A DNA stretch of 63,137 nt, the filler included, from Octopus bimaculoides (Eukaryota): NCBI RefSeq assembly GCF_001194135.2. It is 6 parts of 6 records of this genome, joined end to end, with 100 filler letters (N's around TTAATTAATTAA, not from the genome) between each part and the next. Parts side by side here need not be neighbours in the genome. Positions count along the whole stretch, not along the records: positions 39,933 to 55,527 come from NC_068996.1; positions 55,628 to 57,530 come from NC_069005.1; positions 57,631 to 60,408 come from NC_068981.1; positions 60,509 to 63,137 come from NW_026427705.1; 2 more parts are not named here. One strand, given 5' to 3'. The notes beneath the pieces are model-generated. The model was not told the DNA's origin. It saw only the letters and a program-made list of their open reading frames with translations, and did not search any database. Shown piece after piece: positions 52,986 to 63,137 of the stretch (positions within the stretch are counted from its first letter, which is position 1; the number at the start of each line of letters is the position of its first letter). The position numbers and the translations under genes were made by a program.

Positions 52986-53545
52986 GTCTACATTTTGACA
53001 GACCTCTCTGTTGGTTTGATCACTTCTTTCCCTTATAATCTGTCTCTTGACTCTAGTTATTATCAACTGATCTCTTCATAGTACAAATTCCTATTCAGTG
53101 ACTGCAGCCCTCTTCCTCTTTTCATCTTTCCCTGTAGTATTTTCCTTACCTCCCCACTCACTACTTTTTTTTTTATAAAGCTTGCTATCAAAATACACTT
53201 TTAACCACATTCTATCAAAGAGGGTAACTTAGCCTTTACTGAACAGATCCTTAGGAACTTGTGTTACTCCATACTCCTGTGACATATTATGTAATAAAAA
53301 TGATTATGGCATAAACCATAGTTCACCAGAAACAGCTGTCAAGATAAGACTATTACATAAATCATACTGTTTATTTTATTTTATTTTCCTTGATACTTTG
53401 TATTTTGTATTCCATGTAGATATATACTCATTAAGCCTATTTTTGTTTATCTGACAGGTTTACTTCTATATCAACAAATTCAACATATTCATACATACAC
53501 ACTTGCACAGATACATATAAAACTCTCTCTACATACACATACATG

Positions 53546-53650
<105 letters not shown>

Positions 53651-53799
53651 ATGTGTTTGTATTTCACTGTCTGACAACAGGGTTAACTGATAACTAAGAG
53701 TAAACAGTTAAATTTTGGTTCAGATGGTTTCTTCATTTTCATTCAGTGTCAAACAATACAGGTCAACAAAACCAATCTGATTTATCTAAAAATACTCAC

Positions 53800-53806
53800 C
53801 AGCCAT
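53800..53806 (-). CDS. Candidate start-codon exon end (ATGGCTG followed by a GTGAGT donor) of an unidentified gene
   Basis: The minus strand reads ACACA-ATGGCTG|GTGAGTATT, with a good Kozak context and a consensus donor. No downstream exons were identified. Confidence 0.25.
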
Positions 53807-54996
53807 TGTGTTTTGCATTTCCGTTTGTTTTATATTTTCTTGCAGTCGATTTTGTGTGGATGTGTGTGCATACTTGTGTGTGTATGTGTGTGTGTGTGTA
53901 TGTGTGTGTGTGTGTATGTGTGCACACATGCATGTGTGTGTGCCTGTGTGCATGCATAAGTGTGTGTGTCTGTTTGTGTACATGTATGTATATATATATA
54001 TATATATGCGTGTGTGTGTGTGTGTTTGTGTATGTCTGCGTATGAGTGTATGTGAGTGTATGAATATGTATGAGTGTGTAAGAGTGCGTGTATGCACATG
54101 TTTATGTCTGTGTATACCCACACATGTGTTTGTGTATGTGTACATGTGTGCACATGCACATGAATGTGTGTACCTATGTCTGCATATGTGTGTGCGTGTG
54201 TGTGTGTGTATGTGAGTGTAACTGTATGTATGTGTGTGTTTATGTGAGTGATTATATGTGTATGTGAATGCATGTATTTGTGTGTCTCAATTTGTGTGTT
54301 GTATGAAAGACGGCCAAGAGTGGAACTGTGTGGAGCAAAGCAAAAGCAAAGGGAGTTTGTGGGTGGCTGTGTCTTTATGTGAGTGTGTGTGTGTGTGTGT
54401 GCGTGTGTGCACGTGTGTGTGTGTACGTGTGTGTGTGCATGTATGTATATGCATGTGTGTGTGAGTGTGTGTGTGTGTGAAAGGAGAGAGAAGGTGAGTA
54501 GAGATGCATAAAGTAAATAGAGAGGGATTGAGTGAAGTGAGAAATGGTGGAGCTGAGTGTCTGTATATGCAAATGTATGTGTCTGAGTGTATATATATAT
54601 AAATGATAGAGAGTGAGAGGAAGGGAGTATGAATGCTACAGAGAGAAAGCAAAAGATAGGAGGAGGGAGTGAGGGAGTGAGGGAGAGAGAGATGAATGAT
54701 AAAGAGCAAGTATGTGTGTATGTATGAATGTGTATGTACGTTAGTGAGTGTTAATGCATGTGTGTATGAGAGTGTATACATGTGTGCATTTGTGTATGTG
54801 TGTTTGGTATTTTGAATCAATCAATAATATTTTATGATTGGGTCCACACTCACTCTTCAGAATCAACCTATGTAAATTACTGCAAAAATTATACAAATTT
54901 AACCTTCCAGTCAAATTACATTTCACATATTGAGATAATTGTATAGGTACATATATACAGATAAATACAGACACACACACATGCACACACACACAT

Positions 54997-55036
<40 letters not shown>

Positions 55037-55481
55037 AGTGTATTCTCATACATCAAACTCTAATGTATATGGAGGCATCATCAGTGATATTTTCGGAAGT
55101 CACTAACTCCCAACACTGTTACCCAGATGAACCACTCAGTGTTGATCAATGCCCCAGCTTGTGTCCTGTTAGCACTACCTCTAGCAGCACACCCATCTCT
55201 TCTAGAGCTTAGAACTGCTGATCCATAGTTATTGCATCCATAACCAATACCATGGTCTTCCTCCTACTGGCTCCTGTGATGTGCTTTTGTAGAAGGATTG
55301 CCCAGCAAATCCTCTATATCCCACCCCAATTGAGTTACACCTTGTTCAACACCTGTTGTTTCAGCATAATTTCAAATTCCACCTGCTCAGTATACTTTTT
55401 CTTTTCTGCTTGTTAGTTTTTCTCAAAGAATTTTCCCCATGTACATATGCATGCACATACACATGTATATTTATACATGTG

Positions 55482-55527
<46 letters not shown>

Positions 55528-55627
55528 NNNNNNNNNNNNNNNNNNNNNNNNNNNNNNNNNNNNNNNNNNNNTTAATTAATTAANNNNNNNNNNNNNNNNN
55601 NNNNNNNNNNNNNNNNNNNNNNNNNNN

Positions 55628-55695
<68 letters not shown>

Positions 55696-56179
55696 TCTGT
55701 TTCTGTGTGTGTGTTTGTGTGTGTGAGTGCGTGTGCATACACCAGAATAAATGCAAAACCAAATTTTGATATTCCGATACATCTAATACACATGTTTCTA
55801 ATATTTATGTAATATCATTCTTCTACATACCTTCTTCAGTCAACCATTTCAAAAAGCTAAATGTTAAAATGAAATGTTTGCCTTATATAAAGCAGTTTTC
55901 AGGTATCTCTAGAGAGAACCTGCCTTCAAGCAAAGAGGAAGAGGTTAGGTAAAGAGGGTGGAAGTGGGTTTAAAGAGGGAAAAGGGGATAAAGGAGGAGA
56001 AACTGTGTAGGGAGTAAAATAAGATGAATAAGTAATTAGATAAATAAATAAGTTTTTTTTCCCACCAAGTTTTTTTTCCCCCAAAAATGCTTGAAAGATT
56101 ATACTGGGATTATGCTCTGCTAACTGTTCTTATTCATTCCACTTCTTACCTGGAAATATTAAACTAATGTTCCTTTCTA

Positions 56180-56545
56180 TTATAGGCACAAGGCCTGAAA
56201 TTTGGGGAAGGGGAGATTATATCGACCCCAGTACTCAACTTGTACTTAATTTATCGACCCCGAAATGATGAAAGGTAAAGTCGACCTCGGCGGAATTTGA
56301 ACTCAGAACGTAGCAACGGGCGAAATACTAATAATTCTGCCATCGCGCTGCCTTTGAAATATTCTTTTCGACTCTAGGTACAAGGTCCGAAATTTTGGAG
56401 GAGTGGGGTCAGTCGATTAGATCGGCTCCAGTATACAACTGGTATTTAATATATCGACCCCGAAACGATAAAAAGCCAAGTCGACCGCGACGGAATTTGA
56501 ACTCAGAGCATAGCGACGGGCGAAATACCGCTAAGCATTTCGTCC
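56180..56545 (-). mobile_element. Two tandem SINE family B copies (CpG-intact)
   Basis: ATCGACCCC...GTCGACC...CGGAATTTGAACTCAG appears twice (about 56180-56355 and 56370-56545). Confidence 0.9.
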
Positions 56546-56833
56546 AGACATTTCTCCCCTTGACTCCTTTTTCTGAGCTATGTTGAAAGAGAAAGTTTAC
56601 TCAATAAAGATTACAGATTTAAACCACATGAGTGAACGCATTACCAGTCAGTGTGCTGAAATTGATGGCAATGTAGACTTATTTAATCGGGTTCACCTGA
56701 ATTTTGCAAGGCGCATCAAGTTATGCACAGGAAATGGCGGAAATCATTTTGAAAATATCATTTATTAACATTATAATTAAATAAAATTGTTTTAAGTAGT
56801 TGTATGTTGTCCACTTAATGCGACAGTCCCCTG
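56545..56833 (+). mobile_element. Tc1/mariner-superfamily transposase C-terminal relic with right TIR
   Basis: PDISPLDSFF*AMLKEKVY...NFARRIKLCTGNGGNHFENII, then ...GCGACAGTCCCCTG (CAGGG-type TIR). Confidence 0.85.
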
Positions 56834-56958
56834 AAGGGATTAATACTACTGTTGGTTAGACCTAGGAAGCTGCACCGCTTCCTGTCGGCCTTGACACATT
56901 TTCTGTGTCCTTATGTTTACAAGGGGGAGACAAGAACCTCCACCCAGCTAAGCCTGCA

Positions 56959-57001
56959 TCTAGAGACATGTTTCTGAGTCTTTGCTCGTCATCAGTCTGG
57001 A
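56959..57001 (-). ncRNA. Minimal type I hammerhead ribozyme (slightly decayed)
   Basis: Minus strand reads TCCAGA-CTGATGA-CGAG-caaaga-CTCA-GAAA-CATG-TC^TCTAGA. Stem III is the palindrome ACATGT. Stem I pairs 5 of 6 bp. Confidence 0.75.
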
Positions 57002-57154
57002 GTAGCATAACTTTGTGGATACCCTATATATATATATATATATTCACTAAAGATAAAGGGTAAAATTAATTAATTAATTAATTAATTAATTAATAATAAT
57101 TTTACCAAGTAGTTCGGTGTGTTAAAATAACCTTTATCGGTAACCTTATACAAA

Positions 57155-57322
57155 AATTCTATAATTATAAGCATAATTATAATTAAGGTTCAACAAATTG
57201 CTTCACTACATACCAGATCTTCTGGTAGAGGAATAGTATTTTAACTGCTATTTCTAAATTTCATTATGTGTTGAAGCAATTTGCTGAACCCTAATTATAA
57301 TTATGCTTATAATTATAGAATT
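57155..57322. repeat. Near-perfect 58-bp inverted repeat with a structured loop
   Basis: Arms 57155-57212 and 57265-57322 have 4 mismatches. The loop contains TACCAGA-TCT-TCTGGTA. Confidence 0.9.
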
Positions 57323-57630
57323 GATCCCTTTCTCCCTTCCCCATTTTCACACTACATACGTCAAGATCACCGGCATTCTACCTCCCACACACAGCCCCTC
57401 GTTCCCGATCACCGTTTGTTATCTCCCCCTTTCTTAGCTCTCCTGAAATAAGAATTTCTAACTTCCGGCAAGTCATTGTTATGATCGGCCATTATTATGA
57501 TTGACCGTTGACTGAACACTATTCAATTTTNNNNNNNNNNNNNNNNNNNNNNNNNNNNNNNNNNNNNNNNNNNNTTAATTAATTAANNNNNNNNNNNNNN
57601 NNNNNNNNNNNNNNNNNNNNNNNNNNNNNN

Positions 57631-57800
57631 TTTTTTGGTTGTCGTTCAATTCATGCGGCACCCATTTCTCAAGTATATTTGTTTTTCCAATCTCTTTCAA
57701 GTGGTTGGAAATTGTCATATACGTTACGTCTAATTCAGAAGCAAGCTCTCGAACAGTTGGGCGTGGATTGGCTTCGGCTTAGGCTCTTAGTTGATCCCAC
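57631..57800 (-). mobile_element. Mariner (DD34D-type) transposase N-terminal relic
   Basis: DQLRA*AEANPRPTVRELASELDVTYMTISNHLKEIGK...KWVPHELNDNQK contains the HTH and the WVPHEL signature. Confidence 0.9.
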
Positions 57801-60058
57801 AATCAAATTCACTGGAAGGACATCACTCGGCCCAGATGTATCGTAGAAGCCCAGGGTATTGCACAGGGAAACTGAACACGAAACCACAGGATTCAAAGTT
57901 ATCTTCTTAACTCCACACATATGTTTAAAAAATGCCAACATAAAACTCACACCCAGACACCCACGCACACACACATTCTCATACACACACTCACACACAG
58001 ACATATACACTAGATCTCAATAGCTCAATAGAATTAATTAAAATTAGCGGAATTCTAATGAAAAATATATAAAGACGTTTTATTCCTTGCACCTGACAAT
58101 AATATTTCTATCGAAGATATAAATATCATTTTGGAAGGGCCAGATGTTATTTAATGTTCCAATGACAATTTTAGAGGGAGATTGATTGCCTTCATATGTG
58201 TCAACTGACGTTTTTCGATTAAACCTGAAATTGAATCTTGTTTTGTTTACAAACATCCATTCTGTTAACAGATAACCGAGTTGGATTCAATGAGACATGT
58301 AAATCATACTGAAGAAGCAAAAGTACGAATCACACTGATGTAGGCTACCTAAACCACACTGTTTCCTCCTACTCCTCTTCCTCCCCTTTCTACTGCTGTT
58401 CGTATTCTTTCTCCCCACCCTCCACTTTTCCTCCTCTTTCTCCACTCTTCCATTTCCTCCTCCTCTACCTGTTTTTGATATTATCTAATGAATTCTAGCA
58501 TAGATTCAAGTCAGCACATTTTCTCGAAGTGAGTAGTGGTAATAAAGTCGTTTAAATCAAATTTAATACTTGCTTCGAAATCTATGATAGAAAGCAAAGA
58601 TATTGGGAAACATTCGGAATCAGGACGTAAATATACGCAACTAGATTTCTAAATATTACTGGCGAGTTTGTACGAATCCAAATAATGAGTCTGTGATACA
58701 CCTTATATAACAGCACGCATATTGTTTCTGATAAATATGCCTTAATGAACGATGCTGTTTAAAAAAAAAATGGAATGCAACGCTGAGATTCTCATCACAG
58801 CGAGTACAAGTTGGGCTCGACATGTATCCCGGCAGGGTAACTCTTTTTCCTTTCGAGGAAAGGAAGTCGGGCATTTGGTTCGCCTATTGCGACACTTTCT
58901 CTTGTGTCAGTTTTTTCATATTAGATATAAACCAAGGAGTATTCACCCTCTATGCGGAGAGCGAAAAATGATTTTCTATGAATCATTGGCGGGCAGATAC
59001 TATTTCACTCTAATCTGTTTTGATATCTCCTATATCCTTGGTTCTTGAACTACCGTTTTCTTCTGTGAAACTTAGACGATAATTTCTTACCTTAGGAAAG
59101 TACTTAGTAAGACCGAGAAGCTGACGCAGCGGGTGTCATTGGTACTTTTTTTCACATAAATATTTTTCTTACAGTATTTTCGAGACGTCATTGAGATAAA
59201 TTATTCAAGAAGAAATGTAAAATTGCTTATCATAATAAATTATGAGAAACATAACCAACAGATTTTTGTCTAATGGAAATAACTCTTATAAGTACTAATG
59301 GAATAACTGGAAAACAAATCAATTTTTTTTAATGTAATATCATCACTATAATTTTAGAATATTTGCTATGTCGGAGAAAACAATGTGTAGTCCTGCAAAA
59401 GCAGAGAAGATATTGTAGAAAAGTTAGAATACGGCTAGTTAAATAGAGATTTGCTGGTGTGTCAACTTGTTTAAGTATAATGACTAAGAAGTTTCTTAAC
59501 CCATTCCGGAAGACATGTACAATTGAAAACTTCATGATTGTTAGTGGTTGGAATGAAAGCTTCTAACCAGCCCCAAGTAACACATAGCTCCCCAAGATTT
59601 ATCTTCACTACGACTGGGGCTTATCAGTACAAGATTATGAACAGATAGATCTGCTTCTCCGTTTTTTGTAATGTCAGTTTTGCTCGGAGAAGAAATAAAT
59701 CCTAGACTTGTTTTCTCCGCCCATGCACGCCAGTAAGAGAACTTTCTTGCTTTACGATTACACAAAGTGGAGCAGATATGAATCATTGTTCACTACACAT
59801 GCACACGCATATGTACGAACGGTGGATTATGTTGGACGAATGTGAGAGGGGTGTTCAATATATAGCCTAGAGTATATCTTTCTAATGAAACTAAAAGTGA
59901 AGGCTTGTTTCACAACTCGAGTTTTACGCTACTGCAATCTTCGTTCTCGCCTAAAGATTGCATTTACGGGAAACTCAAATCGTGAGAAAAACTTTCTGTT
60001 TCAGTTACAATGCATGCATACATACATACATACGTAGATTTATATAATAATAATAATG

Positions 60059-60089
<31 letters not shown>

Positions 60090-60569
60090 TAAATTGAAAA
60101 TATAGTGGTAACTAAAAAACAATTAAAACTCTTGAAAGTGCCGTCAGTTATATGATAATGATAATGTTATAGGTTGTTTTTAAACACATTCTATTGAGTT
60201 ACTTTACTTTGATAGAAATGATTTCTGCCTCAGGATCAAAATATTTTTATACTAATACATATCTCACTCTCTCTACCTGCATATATATTTACACACACGC
60301 ACACACACACATACACACACACACATACACATATATATTATATATATATATGTATGTATATATGTTATGTGTATATGTAAGTATATACATGTATGCTTGT
60401 ATATATATNNNNNNNNNNNNNNNNNNNNNNNNNNNNNNNNNNNNNNNNNNNNTTAATTAATTAANNNNNNNNNNNNNNNNNNNNNNNNNNNNNNNNNNNN
60501 NNNNNNNNAAAGATACCTCTCCAGCCTCACTTTCCTTTTCAGGTGGAACCTGAAAAGTTAATGAGGCCT

Positions 60570-61670
60570 TGACCAAAGAGAAAGATACTCATCTTCGACC
60601 CTTTCAATCCCGTCCACCACACAACCTCTTTTGTCATAACCACCAGACAGAGGAAAATTGNNNNNNNNNNGTCCACCACACAACCTCTTTTGTCATAACC
60701 ACCAGACAGAGGAAAATTGCCCTCCCTTACCGGCCAAAGGAAGGGGGTGGGGCGATCTTCAGAATGGACTCGGTCGAAAGCCGGATCCGTCCTATACGTG
60801 ACAACAACTGTTCGACAAAGCTCCGCAAGTCAGCAGTGCCTGGGCACTGTACGAGAGCATGCAGAACGATTTCATCGCTCTGCGTGCATCTCAGGCCAGG
60901 GATTTCTGGAAACTGTCCATAGTTCCCGGCCCGAAAGTCCTCCGGAAGAGACCTGCCAGTTGATTCTCCTCGATGCCCTGGATCTCTCCGAGTACGTCAT
61001 CGCTCTTGCCCTCCACTAATCCCGTATAGATCTCCAAAATGGAACTTCCACAAACCGCATTGCCCGACTGGCTGAATTCTGTAAGCGCTTGGAGATGCTC
61101 TAGGCGCCAAGCGCCCTGCCTTGGTCTACGCCCGATCCAGAACTGTAGCTCTGTCAAGGAGACAAGCTTCGGAAAAGCGCATTCAACAACCAGCGACCAC
61201 ACCTGCTCNNNNNNNNNNNNNNNNNNNNNNNNNNNNNNNNNNNNCGCATGTCTGCGCATCATCAGACACGGGTATGCCGGTCCTACAGGCAACTAGTGTT
61301 GACAGCAAATGGATGGTCTGACAAGTGGTACCTGACCCTTCCTCAGGAAGCGGAAGAGCAAAGGCGCCAGCCCGTTCAACCACGAAGCGGAGCAAGAGAC
61401 GACAGTCAGACGGTAGTATATGACGGATGCGATGTAGGCATTTACTACCGTCGCCCGACCTTTCAAGGACAGCTTCCGCTCGACCTATTTCTAGGTGAGA
61501 CGGGCCACCCTGTCTGTCACCTCACCCCAGTTCTGGTCCAATTAGAGATCCGGATCGAACCAGACTCCAAACAACTTAACAGGTCCATCCGTCCAGCGCC
61601 TCACAACGCTGTTCGTTGGCATGGGCCTGCCCCTTCAGATGCCGAGCTGCAGGCTCATTGACTTCTCGTG
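60570..61670 (-). mobile_element. L1/Tx1 LINE ORF2 3' part (post-RT region plus zinc finger), decayed
   Basis: WTDGPVKLFGVWF...ERKLSLKGRATVVNAYIASVIYYRLTVV...LMMRRHA, and [16 protein letters not shown]. Confidence 0.9.
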
Positions 61671-62169
61671 GTTAATCATTGCTCCTGTCACCGATTCGTA
61701 TTGCCTTAAGGTTTTTTTATCTTAGTAGAAGTCAAGACTGTTTCCTTGGATATCACTACAGCTGCTGAATAGATCANNNNNNNNNNNNNNNNNNNNNNNN
61801 NNNNNNNNNNNNNNNNNNNNNNNNNNNNNNNNNNNNNNNNNNNNNNNNNNNNNNNNNNNNNNNNNNNNNNNNNNNNNNNNNNNNNNNNNNNNNNGATGTT
61901 TACACCGAGTCATATTTATCGACTTTGTGATGTTTTCTTCTATTTTTGTTATTTCATCCCCGTCATCGATTGTAACAGGCCTGTTACGGGGTGTATTATT
62001 TTGTTTGTTGTTGCTTTGTGCTTCAGTATTTGCTTATCTGTGTGTTGTTGTTTCACTGTGCTGTATTATATATTTCTGGGGTGGTTAGCTCAGTAGTTAT
62101 TTTTACATTGGTTCAGCTTTTTATTTGCTCTATGCATGTCTACCTCTGTCGTGTTTATTTCTTTTTGTG

Positions 62170-62640
62170 GAGCCTGTCTTGTATTTGAGTTGAAAGTTAT
62201 GGTTATGCTCCAGTAGTATTGTGGCCCTACATTTTAAAACGATTTGCTGTGTAAACTCGGATGTCCTTTTTCGAGCCAAAAATGGATACGAGGGGCTTAA
62301 ATAAAACAAAGACATCTTCCATGCTACATTTTGTGAAATCTTTTAGCTCCAAAGACTAAAGCCAATGTTTTCTTTTCAATTTGACTGCAGTTTGTTTCCA
62401 CTTTACTCAAGGTACAGGTAGGATGCGCGATTGCCTTTTCAGTACCATCTGGGAATACATGGAATATGGCAGTTTCATACCATAATCCCAAGTATCGGCA
62501 GCTAGTATTATTTCAAACTTCGGATTATAATGGATCAGTAATAAATCAAATTGCAGCAATTCCTTCGTCTCTTTAAAGACTTTGGTGTATGCTGGCGTCC
62601 AGTTCCACTGTATTTTAACTTAATCATACCGATACGTTTA
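62170..62640 (-). mobile_element. Ty3/Gypsy pol relic (RT connection plus RNase H)
   Basis: QWNWTPAYTKVFKETKELL...HYNPKFEIILAAD...FPDGTEKAIAH...SQIEKKTLALVFGAKRFHKM...KPLVSIF...VYTANR. Confidence 0.9.
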
Positions 62641-62941
62641 CTCCAATATCCACGGACTAAACGAGACAGGAGGAGACGTGTGGGATTGAGAGTCGCTGAA
62701 GAGGTCACACGATGTATGACGAAAGACTTCAGAGAAAGGTCACTAAAATAATAATGATATAGTGTGTGTGTTTATTTGGCAAAAAATGACCATCCCGAAA
62801 TCCAACAATATAATCGAAAACAGGCCGTAACATCAAAGGCAGAATGTTCAACCAACACAATGAACAGTTGAGGTGTTACCTTAGTTCACTGGAAGTGAAC
62901 AGCTGGTACCGTAGTACATCTCCAGCGTTAAAAGCTGTGCA

Positions 62942-62981
<40 letters not shown>

Positions 62982-63057
62982 NNNNNNNNNNNNNNNNNNN
63001 NNNNNNNNNNNNNNNNNNNNNNNNNNNNNNNNNNTAATAATAATAATAATAATAATA

Positions 63058-63137
63058 ATGTGGAACCTGAAGACTAAAACAATATCCATTGTCATAGGTA
63101 CCCTGGGAATGACAGCGAAACGGGCTGATTACTACCT
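63058..63137 (+). mobile_element. Non-LTR retrotransposon C-terminal fragment (restriction-like endonuclease type, R4/Dong-like) after a (TAA)n array
   Basis: MWNLKTKTISIVIGTLG resembles the REL-domain tail MW.LKT..VPVVIGALG. It lies directly after (TAA)n and runs off the window. Confidence 0.6.

Noticed and set aside
62453-62490. IWEYMEYGS on the + strand resembling a kinase hinge
   Set aside because: A stop follows immediately, and the minus strand is clearly Gypsy pol.

Overview
AT-rich, microsatellite-dense and gap-ridden animal genomic DNA. The SINE and LINE repertoire looks like that of an Octopus (coleoid cephalopod) genome; this is an inference. No intact protein-coding gene is recognisable, and nearly all ORF-track entries are microsatellite or N-gap artefacts or decayed transposon ORFs. 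The window holds three tRNA-derived SINE families (labelled A, B, C here) and relics of RTE-BovB (near full length), a second RTE, CR1-group, L1/Tx1, R4/Dong-like and Penelope-like retroelements. It also holds a Gypsy pol fragment, a solo LTR, mariner relics and mariner, hAT and piggyBac MITEs. The most notable signal is a set of type I hammerhead ribozyme motifs with palindromic stem III at 18611-18675 (+), 45789-45853 (+) and 56959-57001 (-), plus degenerate copies. The first two share homologous flanks, and one sits in a 514-bp tandem unit, suggesting a retrozyme/Penelope pLTR-like family. Other notable features are a CpG-decay domain at about 40-56 kb (probable methylated gene body), several long foldback structures and nested insertions. 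Most repeat coordinates are approximate.
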